In this document: positions 52,450-61,284 of the stretch, one piece after another | Layout of the letters: each line of letters begins with the position of its first letter | Numbering within the stretch: position 1 is the stretch's first letter | From: an uncultured bacterium | Lineage (GTDB): Bacteria; Auribacterota; Erginobacteria; Erginobacterales; Erginobacteraceae | Reading direction: 5' to 3' | Assembly: GCA_963822585.1 (NCBI GenBank) | Contig: CAWGIE010000003.1 | Span: 1-64,000 of the forward strand | DNA length: 64,000 nt | The notes under the pieces: model-generated | What the model was told of the DNA's origin: nothing | The model's database searches: none | The model's input: only the letters and a program-made list of their open reading frames with translations | Position numbers and translations under genes: made by a program

Positions 52450-54045
52450 ATGAAAGTCGTCACGCCAGCCCAGATGCGGGAGATCGATCGGGCGGTCATC
52501 GAAGACCTGAAGATCCCCGGCCGTGATCTGATGGAAAGGGCCGGAGAAAACGTGGCGGAAGCGGCTCGGGAACTCCTTGCCACCGCCCGGCCGGATCCCT
52601 TGATCGTTCTTCTGGCCGGAAAAGGGAATAACGGTGGCGACGCCCTGGTGGCGGCCCGTCTTCTCGCCGAGCAGGGGCTCAGGACGAAAACCTTTCTCCT
52701 GGCCGAGTTGAAGGAGCTGCAAGAGGACGCGGCTCTGAATGGCGACCGTCTCTTTCAGGCCCGGCTGCCCCTGACCGAACTGGTCGATGAAAATGATTTG
52801 TCCGGACTGAGGGACGTTCTTCAGGAGGCGGACCTGGTCATCGACGGCATCTTCGGGACCGGCTTCACGGGCGCGGCCCGGGGGATCAGCGCCGCGGCGA
52901 TCAAACTGGTGAACAACGCGTCCCGCGGCGGAATGCCTCTCCGGGTGGTGGCCGTGGATATCCCCTCCGGCCTGAACGGCGCGTCGGGAGAGGCGGCAGG
53001 AGCAGTCATCCGGGCCGACCGGACGGTGACGATGGGTCTCCCCAAGACGGGGATGGTACGCGGTGAGGGCCTGAACTGCTGCGGGTGGATCACGGTGGCC
53101 GAGATCGGGTTCCCCCCAAATGCGATCGCCGGGGTCGAGTCCGACCTGGAGATGATCACCGGCGACGACCTGACGGAGTTGCTCCCCCCTCGGGTCCGTG
53201 CCGCTCATAAAGGCGAATACGGCCACGTTCTCGTGATCGCCGGTTCGCCCGGGATGACCGGCGCGGCGGCCCTCGCCTCTTCGGCCGCTCTCCGGGCCGG
53301 GGCCGGTCTGGTGACACTGGGTATTTCCCAGGGCCTCAACTCCATCCTGGAGACGAAATGTACCGAGGTGATGACACTGCCGCTGCCGGAGACGGCAGCG
53401 GGCACGCTCTCTCCGGATGCCGCCGGAATGATACTGGAATTCTGCCGGAAAACCTCGGCGGTTGCCCTGGGACCCGGACTCTCCCGGAACCCGGAGACCG
53501 GTTTGCTGGTCAAGGAACTGATCCGGAACTGCCCTATCCCGATGGTCATCGACGCCGATGGACTCAACCTGATCGCGGAGGACCCTTCGATCCTGGCGGA
53601 AGCCCGATCGCCGCTTATTCTCACCCCGCACCCGGGCGAGATGGGCCGGCTGACCGGGCTGAAAAAAGAGGAACTGTTCCGAGACCGGGAGGCGGCGGCC
53701 CGTTCGTTTGCCCGTCGCTACAAGCTGACCCTGGTATTGAAAGGAGCGGGGACGCTGATTGCCTCCCCAGAGGGACCTCTGGCGGTCAACGTGAACGGCA
53801 ATCCCGGGATGGCGACCGGAGGGACCGGCGACGTACTTACCGGTCTGATTGCCGGATTTTTGGCTCAGGGATTGCCGGCTGGAGATTCCGCCCGTCTCGG
53901 CGTCTTCGTTCACGGCGCGGCCGGAGACCGGGCGGTGGAGAGGATGGGTCAGATCAGCATGATCGCTTCCGATTTGCTGGATGAAGTCCCCGCGGCCTTG
54001 AAAGCTCTCTTCCCCTGGAATGCCACCCCGCCTTCCTTCCCATAA
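52450..54045 (+). CDS. nnr: Bifunctional NAD(P)H-hydrate epimerase/dehydratase
   Basis: GKGNNGGD, DIPSG, HKGEYG, IDADGL, TPHPGE, GTGDVL. Confidence 0.95.
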   Translation: MKVVTPAQMREIDRAVIEDLKIPGRDLMERAGENVAEAARELLATARPDPLIVLLAGKGNNGGDALVAARLLAEQGLRTKTFLLAELKELQEDAALNGDRLFQARLPLTELVDENDLSGLRDVLQEADLVIDGIFGTGFTGAARGISAAAIKLVNNASRGGMPLRVVAVDIPSGLNGASGEAAGAVIRADRTVTMGLPKTGMVRGEGLNCCGWITVAEIGFPPNAIAGVESDLEMITGDDLTELLPPRVRAAHKGEYGHVLVIAGSPGMTGAAALASSAALRAGAGLVTLGISQGLNSILETKCTEVMTLPLPETAAGTLSPDAAGMILEFCRKTSAVALGPGLSRNPETGLLVKELIRNCPIPMVIDADGLNLIAEDPSILAEARSPLILTPHPGEMGRLTGLKKEELFRDREAAARSFARRYKLTLVLKGAGTLIASPEGPLAVNVNGNPGMATGGTGDVLTGLIAGFLAQGLPAGDSARLGVFVHGAAGDRAVERMGQISMIASDLLDEVPAALKALFPWNATPPSFP

Positions 54046-54229
54046 AAACCCCGATTAAAACTTCGGGGGGGCCCCCGATTCAAACTTCGGGGCGGCGCAG
54101 ACGATCGAATGTGATTGAATAGGGATATCCCCCCCGAAGTCAAGTATCACAATGGAGTGGTATATTGTATTGCCCACCCGGGTGATTTGTATTACAGTAC
54201 ACGACTTGCAACCTGACGGAGAACTTTTT

Positions 54230-54301
54230 GCCGGCGTAGCTCAACGGTAGAGCAGCTGATTTGTAATCAGCAGGTTGGGGGTTCAAGTCCCTTCGCCGGC
54301 T
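54230..54301 (+). tRNA. tRNA-Thr(TGT)
   Basis: Cloverleaf: gccggcg/cgccggc acceptor, ctgat-ttgtaa-tcag anticodon arm, GTTCAAGT T loop; CCA not encoded. Confidence 0.96.
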
Positions 54302-54340
54302 TTAAAAATGAAAAGATGTTTGACCCAGGTAGCGCCTTAT

Positions 54341-54401
54341 CAGGGTAGGTTCTGCGCCGGAGGCGCATCCGCCTCTGGCGGAAAGTCCCTTCGCCGGCTT
54401 T
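54341..54401 (+). pseudogene. Duplicated 3' fragment of tRNA-Thr interrupted in the T loop by a 30-nt cassette (54353-54382)
   Basis: ggttc[tgcgccggaggcgcatccgcctctggcgga]aagtcccttcgccggcttt versus intact ggttcaagtcccttcgccggcttt. Confidence 0.85.
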
Positions 54402-54553
54402 GAAATTGCCCGATTCGTGAAAACGAATCGGGCAATTTCAAAGCTTCATTTCTCGCCAATGATTCATTTTGGGTAAACATTTTTCTATTGCCTATAAGGA
54501 AAGGCGTTTGTTAGTGTTCAAAACTAATATTTTTCCTTCGGAAAAATATTACT

Positions 54554-54635
54554 GGGGAGATACCGAAGTGGTCAAACGGGGCAGACTGTAAATCTGCTGG
54601 CTATGCCTTCGGAGGTTCGAATCCTCCTCTCCCCA
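54554..54635 (+). tRNA. tRNA-Tyr(GTA)
   Basis: ggggaga/tctcccc acceptor, gcaga-ctgtaaa-tctgc, long variable arm, GTTCGAAT. Confidence 0.96.
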
Positions 54636-54788
54636 TAAATTTTTCAGGTCGCTTTGCGACCTGAAAAATTTATGCGTAAAAGCAATCAGGGACAGAACTA
54701 TAACCGGTGCCGGTGTTTTATTCAAAACACGGTGCTTGCCTTTTTGCTGGAAAGTAATTTTTCAAAATTTTCCGAAGGAAAATTTTTT

Positions 54789-54916
54789 GCGGGCGTTGCA
54801 TAATGGTAGTGCTTAGGCCTTCTCCCGACGAGCCCTTCGGGCGTCGGGATCTAAGGGCTTCATCGGTTTACGCTCCCTCCGGTCGCGTAAGCCCGTGAAT
54901 CCCTAAGACAAGCCTG
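54789..54916 (+). pseudogene. Duplicated 5' half of tRNA-Gly with an 86-nt two-hairpin insertion in the anticodon (54823-54908)
   Basis: gcgggcgttgcataatggtagtgcttaggccttc[insert]caagcctg; no T arm follows. Confidence 0.8.
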
Positions 54917-54934
54917 GTTGAGCGAGGATTTTTC

Positions 54935-55005
54935 GCGGGCGTTGCATAATGGTAGTGCTTCGGCCTTCCAAGCCGAAAGTGTGGGTTCGATCCCCATCGC
55001 CCGCT
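54935..55005 (+). tRNA. tRNA-Gly(TCC)
   Basis: gcgggcg/cgcccgc acceptor, tcggc-cttccaa-gccga, GTTCGAT. Confidence 0.95.
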
Positions 55006-55285
55006 TATAGAGAGAGGATTGAGTGGTAGAGGCGATGTCTTTACCAGGTGGGTTCTGCGCCGGAGGCGCATCCGCCTCTGGCGGAGATCCCCATCGCCCG
55101 CTTATAGAGAGAGGATTGTGTGGTAGAGGCGATGTCTTTACCAGGTGGGTTCTGCGCCGGAGGCGCATCCGCCTCTGGCGGAGATCCCCATCGCCCGCTT
55201 TCAAGAGAGAAAAACAGCTTCACCAGGTGGGTTCTGCGTCACCCCGCTCGAAAGATCGGGGCGGCGGAGACCCCGTCGCCCGCTC
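54989..55285 (+). repeat. tRNA-Gly-linked tandem repeat (97, 97 and 86 bp units), each regenerating the tRNA 3' end with a T-loop cassette
   Basis: gatcccc/gacccc at 54989, 55086, 55183, 55269; cassettes at 55056-55085, 55153-55182, 55235-55268. Confidence 0.9.
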
Positions 55286-55306
55286 ACCATTAAAAATTTT
55301 TATCTG

Positions 55307-55334
55307 TTGACAGGGGAGAGCATTTTGATATCAT
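55307..55334 (+). promoter_or_regulatory. Putative sigma70 promoter
   Basis: TTGACA-16-TATCAT upstream of the tRNA-Thr(GGT)-tuf unit. Confidence 0.55.
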
Positions 55335-55355
55335 GGCACGTTGCATTTTAATATG

Positions 55356-55500
55356 CAGATAGGAATAGTACGCCTCCATATCATCCGCAATCGAGTATCT
55401 TCGCGCAGACCGGTCGGCTGGTGGTACTGATTTCCAATGGCGGACTGAGGCCTGCAAGCTTTCAGTTAGATTGTTATGATATGGGGGCTTTTTATATCTG
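55356..55500 (+). ncRNA. Candidate rod-like structured RNA, class unassigned
   Basis: cagata/tatctg, gcctccatatcat/atgatatgggggc, caatc/gattg, internal loop, gcag/ctgc and cggtc/gactg pairings. Confidence 0.3.
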
Positions 55501-55577
55501 ATAAATCAGCTTACTGATTTATGTGAGTGGCAGCATGCCGACATGATTTAAGATTGATAGCGGCTCTTTTGAGGAGT

Positions 55578-55651
55578 GCCCTTGTAGCTCAGTTGGTTAG
55601 AGCGCGTCCTTGGTAAGGACGAGGTCATCGGTTCGACTCCGATCAAGGGCT
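55578..55651 (+). tRNA. tRNA-Thr(GGT)
   Basis: gcccttg/caagggc acceptor, gtcc-ttggtaa-ggac, GTTCGACT. Confidence 0.96.
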
Positions 55652-55931
55652 TTACTTTCTTCCTCCGGAAAAAAGTAGTCTTAAAAAAAGACGCAGAAAA
55701 TAATCGAAAGGCGATGAGATCTGTAAGGACATAAAAGCCAACCAGCTAACCGGAGAACGAAGATATAGGGAAGGACGTTAACGAGAGAATTAAGTTGGAT
55801 GGCACATATTCAACACTTTTATTTTCCTCCCGTCATCTCCCTTTTTGTGAAATAAATTTTAACCACAATTCATAACTTAAATAAAATATAACGGTTATCA
55901 AACAAGTTGGAGATGACGGGAGGAAAATAAA

Positions 55932-57126
<1,195 letters not shown>

Positions 57127-57128
<2 letters not shown>

Positions 57129-57205
57129 GTGTAAAGTGTAAGGTGGAAAGTTAAAAGGCATTGCTGAATTCGCCGTCTTTACACCTTACACTTTCAACTT
57201 TACAC
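57127..57205. repeat. Family G palindrome with (a)agtgta 7-nt units (also 27017-27066)
   Basis: aagtgtaaagtgtaaggtggaaagt / ctttacaccttacactttcaactttacact. Confidence 0.75.
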
Positions 57206-57226
57206 TCTTGAGCGGAGCGAAAGACA

Positions 57227-57373
57227 ATGCCGCGGGAACATATCATTTTAGCGTGCAGTGAATGCAAGCGGAGGAATTACACCTTTTTTCATAATAAATC
57301 GACAGGGAAACTGTCCCTGAAAAAATATTGCCGGTTTTGCCGCAAGCACACTGAGCATAAACAAACCAAGTAA
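57227..57373 (+). CDS. rpmG: 50S ribosomal protein L33 (Zn-binding C+ type); below the ORF-track size cutoff
   Basis: Translated by hand: [48 protein letters not shown]. Confidence 0.96.
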   Translation: MPREHIILACSECKRRNYTFFHNKSTGKLSLKKYCRFCRKHTEHKQTK

Positions 57374-57448
57374 GAGGTGCATGGTTCTGTCGGTGTGGAT
57401 GGCGGGGCACCAAGATATTAGATACAATTTTTACGCAGTAAGAATTGT

Positions 57449-57523
57449 AGGCCAGTAACTCTAATTGGTTAGAGTGCCGGTCTCCAAAACCGGATGTTGG
57501 GGGTTCGAATCCCTCCTGGCCTG
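57449..57523 (+). tRNA. tRNA-Trp(CCA)
   Basis: aggccag/ctggcct acceptor, ccggt-ctccaaa-accgg, GTTCGAAT; usual position before secE. Confidence 0.96.
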
Positions 57524-57589
57524 TATTATTTTCGCTTCGCGAAAATAATAGTACACATAAATTTGCGAGCGCAGCGAGCTAATTTATAA

Positions 57590-57772
57590 ATGAATAAACT
57601 TATTCAGTTTATCAGGGAAGCGCGGATCGAACTGAAGAAGGTTAACTGGCCTACCCGGAAGGAGTTGATCGACTCCACCAAGGTGGTACTGCTAACCTCG
57701 TTCCTGCTGGCCGCCTTTATCGGGGCGATGGATTTTCTGCTCTCCCAACTGATCAACGCGTTACTGGGCTGA
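57590..57772 (+). CDS. secE: Preprotein translocase subunit SecE
   Basis: ELKKVNWPTRKE followed by a TM. Confidence 0.95.
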   Translation: MNKLIQFIREARIELKKVNWPTRKELIDSTKVVLLTSFLLAAFIGAMDFLLSQLINALLG

Positions 57773-57775
57773 ATC

Positions 57776-58306
57776 ATGACACATCAATGGTATGTTATTC
57801 ATACTCTTTCCGGGCAGGAACAGAAGGTCAAAGAAAACCTGGAACGCAGGATCATCCTGAACAACCTGGAAGATAAGATTTCGCAGGTGATGATTCCCTA
57901 CGAGAAGGTCTCCGAAGTAAAGGGCGGCAAGAAGATTATCAGCCAGCGCAAGTTCTGGCCCGGTTACGTTTTCGTGAAAATGGAATACATGGATAAGACC
58001 TTCTATATGATAAATGAAACCCCCGGAGTGATCGGATTTATCGGGACGCGCATGCCGCCGCAACCGGTCGCGGAAAGCGAGATCACCGCCGTGATGACTC
58101 AGATAGAAGAGAAGAAGGAGAAAGTAAAACCGAAGGTCCTTTTCGCAGTAGACGAAGTCGTGAAAGTCACTGACGGCCCCTTCGCCAGTATGACCGGTCT
58201 GGTGGAAAACGTCGATCCCGACAAGGGGAAAATGACGGTCAGGGTCTCTATCTTCGGGAGAGAAACCCCCGTTGAATTGGAGTACTGGCAGGTGGAGAAG
58301 AGCTGA
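57776..58306 (+). CDS. nusG: Transcription factor NusG
   Basis: [31 protein letters not shown]. Confidence 0.98.
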   Translation: MTHQWYVIHTLSGQEQKVKENLERRIILNNLEDKISQVMIPYEKVSEVKGGKKIISQRKFWPGYVFVKMEYMDKTFYMINETPGVIGFIGTRMPPQPVAESEITAVMTQIEEKKEKVKPKVLFAVDEVVKVTDGPFASMTGLVENVDPDKGKMTVRVSIFGRETPVELEYWQVEKS

Positions 58307-58731
58307 TGGCAAAACCAGTAACGGCCACAATCAAACTTCAGATTCCCGCCGGACAGGCCAATCCGGCCCCGCCGGTGGGACCGGCTCTGGGCGCTCACGG
58401 CGTCAACATTATGGAGTTCTGTAATGCCTTCAATACGGCAACCAAGGAAAAGGTCGGATTTATTATTCCCGTCGTGATCACCGTCTTCAACGATCGCACC
58501 TTCACCTTTATAACAAAAACACCGCCGGCCGCCAACCTCTTGAAACGCGCCGCCGGAGTTGCGGTAGCATCAGGTTCCCCCAACCGGGAAAAGGTGGGGA
58601 CGGTGACCAAGGAGCAGGTCAGAGAAATCGCTCGTCAAAAGATGGCCGACCTGAATACGGACTCCGAAGACGCCGCGGAGCGGATAATCCGCGGCACGGC
58701 CCGGAGCATGGGGATAGACGTCATTGATTGA
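58306..58731 (+). CDS. rplK: 50S ribosomal protein L11
   Basis: [22 protein letters not shown]. Confidence 0.98.
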   Translation: MAKPVTATIKLQIPAGQANPAPPVGPALGAHGVNIMEFCNAFNTATKEKVGFIIPVVITVFNDRTFTFITKTPPAANLLKRAAGVAVASGSPNREKVGTVTKEQVREIARQKMADLNTDSEDAAERIIRGTARSMGIDVID

Positions 58732-58942
58732 CGGTAAGACCCGAGGTCATTTAATCAGGAAGTAAACTGACGAGGATATGGATAGCAACAGGGAGTGATG
58801 GAGTACTGGAGTGATGGGGTAAAGAATAGTCGGACTTCAATACTCCAGCACTCCATTATTCCAGTACTCCGGAACACTCAGCCCGACCCCGATAAATCGA
58901 GGTAGATTATTGATGGGCCGTGTCGCATGGAGCAATATACCT

Positions 58943-59653
58943 ATGGGTAAAGAAGGGAAAAAATACAGAAACGCCCGGAAGCGTGTCGATCCGGCGCGAC
59001 TTTATACGCCGGAAGAAGCCGTCCAACTGTTAAAAGAGCTGGTCTTCGCCCGTTTTGATGAGACGGTCGAATTTGTCGTCTCCCTCGGGATTGACCCCAA
59101 GCGTTCCGATCAGATGATACGCGGGACGGTCTCGCTTCCCCACGGCACCGGCAAAAAAATCCGGGTGCTGGCTTTCTGTCGGCCGGAACAGAGCGCCGAG
59201 GCACTGAGCGCCGGGGCCGATTATGCCGGCGGAAGCGATCTGGCGGAGAAAATAAAGGGGGGGTGGCTGGATTTCGACGTTGCCGTGGCGGATAAATCGA
59301 TGATGAGAGAAATCAGCCCGCTGGGGAAAATCCTGGGTCCCCGGGGATTGATGCCCAGCCCGAAAGCGGGGACGGTAACCGACGATATTCCCCGGGCCGT
59401 CCGCGAACTCAAGGCCGGTAAGATAGAGTTCAAGGCCAACAAATACGGCGATATCCAGGTGGCGGTGGGGAAGATTTCTTTCTCTCCCGAAAAGCTAATA
59501 GAGAATATAAATTGCCTGGTTCAGGAGATCAACCGCTTACGACCGTCCGCCGCCAAGGGAAAGTATATTAAAAAAGCCACTGTTTCCGCTACGATGAGTC
59601 CGGCGCTGCCTCTGGATACTACCCTGTTGAACCTGGCGGCTGCGCCCGCATAA
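58943..59653 (+). CDS. rplA: 50S ribosomal protein L1
   Basis: FDETVE, LPHGTGK, LGPRGLMPSPKAGTV. Confidence 0.98.
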   Translation: MGKEGKKYRNARKRVDPARLYTPEEAVQLLKELVFARFDETVEFVVSLGIDPKRSDQMIRGTVSLPHGTGKKIRVLAFCRPEQSAEALSAGADYAGGSDLAEKIKGGWLDFDVAVADKSMMREISPLGKILGPRGLMPSPKAGTVTDDIPRAVRELKAGKIEFKANKYGDIQVAVGKISFSPEKLIENINCLVQEINRLRPSAAKGKYIKKATVSATMSPALPLDTTLLNLAAAPA

Positions 59654-59701
59654 TTTATTTTTCATATTTTAAAAAGTAAGCCGGAGGCGATATATTTTTA
59701 C

Positions 59702-60217
59702 ATGAGACCGGAAAAGGAATTAATAAAGCATGAGTATGCCGCTCGCATAAGCCGGACCAGCGGTGTTGTAGTGACCGAATTCCAAGGCCTGTCATCGGGA
59801 GCTTTTAACCGGCTTCGCAATGATATCCGCCTGCTCGATGCCGATTGCGTGGTGGTAAAAAACCGTATATTCAAACGCTACCTGGCGGATGTCGGTTTGG
59901 AATCTCTCACTCCCTGTCTCCATGGCCAAACGGCGATTGTCGTTACCGAGGGAGAACTGCCCCCTCTCCTGAAGGTAATCATAAAGTATGAGGAGGATGA
60001 GGGCGCTCCGCGCCTCAAAGGCGCTTTCTGGATGGAAACGTTTTTCGCCGGCGGTGATCTGAAAAAACTGGCGATGTTGCCGTCCCGGGAAGATCTTCTT
60101 TCCCTGGTTATTTCCGGGATCCAGGCGCCCCTGAGCAGACTGGTCGGGGTGCTGAATGGAACCGTTTCCGGACTGGTGAGGACAATCCAGGCAATACGTG
60201 ACCAGCGATCCGCGTAG
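59702..60217 (+). CDS. rplJ: 50S ribosomal protein L10
   Basis: VVKNRI, LAMLPSREDL; operon position. Confidence 0.93.
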   Translation: MRPEKELIKHEYAARISRTSGVVVTEFQGLSSGAFNRLRNDIRLLDADCVVVKNRIFKRYLADVGLESLTPCLHGQTAIVVTEGELPPLLKVIIKYEEDEGAPRLKGAFWMETFFAGGDLKKLAMLPSREDLLSLVISGIQAPLSRLVGVLNGTVSGLVRTIQAIRDQRSA

Positions 60218-60294
60218 CAATACCGATAATTTAACTGCGTCTTGGTTCAAAACTGAATTAGCGCCGCAGGCGCTAATTTATAAAGGAGGAAAAA

Positions 60295-60765
60295 ATGGCA
60301 GAAGAAGTCAAGGAACAAGCTATCCAGGAAAATCAGGAAGCGGCTGAGGATCCGGTCGTTCCCGAGAAAAAAGCCGCGGGCACCGACTCCCCCAAACTGC
60401 AAAAGATAATTGACGAGGTATCGGCTCTTACCGTGCTCGAGCTCTCCGATCTGGTCAAGGCATTGGAGGAGACTTTCGGTGTTACCGCCGCCGCGCCGGT
60501 CGCCTTCGCTGCCGGTGCCGGTCAGGCGGCGTCCGCCCCCGCCCCGGAAGAAAAGACCGTCTTTACCGTAATGCTGACTGCGATCGGGGCCAAGAAGATT
60601 CAAGTGATCAAGGAAGTAAGAGCGGTCACCGATCTCGGACTGAAGGAGGCCAAGGACCTGGTAGAATCCGCCCCGAGCGCCGTGAAGGAGAATATCAACA
60701 AAGAAGAAGCCGAAGCGATCAAAGAAAAGTTGGAAAGTGCGGGCGCTACCGCTGAGTTGAAATAA
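60295..60765 (+). CDS. rplL: 50S ribosomal protein L7/L12
   Basis: [35 protein letters not shown]. Confidence 0.98.
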   Translation: MAEEVKEQAIQENQEAAEDPVVPEKKAAGTDSPKLQKIIDEVSALTVLELSDLVKALEETFGVTAAAPVAFAAGAGQAASAPAPEEKTVFTVMLTAIGAKKIQVIKEVRAVTDLGLKEAKDLVESAPSAVKENINKEEAEAIKEKLESAGATAELK

Positions 60766-61284
60766 ACTCGAACCACTTCCCCGGCTTAGAGCCGCCGGGT
60801 GAGAATCAGGCAGTGATTTCGCAATGAACGGAAACAGGTGCTGAAAAAAACAATTCAGACTGCAGGATGGACTTATATGCGGTTGATCTGGGTACCGATG
60901 GCGACCCGGAGCTGATGCCGGAAAGGGCGAGCGAATCCGCTGGGCCAGTTCCGGCAATTGCCTGTTAACCCGGTTTATACCCGGCCTTCGCCGGTCGGGT
61001 ATAAATCGGGTTAGTCGCAAACAATGTTGAGGATTCAAAGAACAGCCCCGTAAAATGTTTTGCTCTCATCTGCCTGCCCGGCAAGGAATTATAGACAGAG
61101 GATTGGTTCTGCCGGTAACGTTAGCAAAAAAGACGAGGTGTTGACCCTCCGGGGAAGAAAAAACAGTATGGTGTAATCGCATTAACAAGTTTACTAGATC
61201 GTAACATGTTGAACGAAAATTAGTAATTTGAATTATATCGGAACATTGAAAATGTTCCGATATAATTCAAATTAAGGAGCAAGT

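Noticed and set aside
54823..54908. Group I intron or split/trans-spliced tRNA-Gly
   Set aside because: The insert is only 86 nt with no catalytic core, no T arm follows, and an intact tRNA-Gly lies next to it.
54989..55285. CRISPR array
   Set aside because: The units are near-identical along their whole length, derive from the tRNA 3' end, have no unique spacers, and no cas genes are present.
55356..55500. SRP (4.5S) RNA
   Set aside because: The conserved domain IV motif (CAGG..GGAA..AGCAG) is absent.
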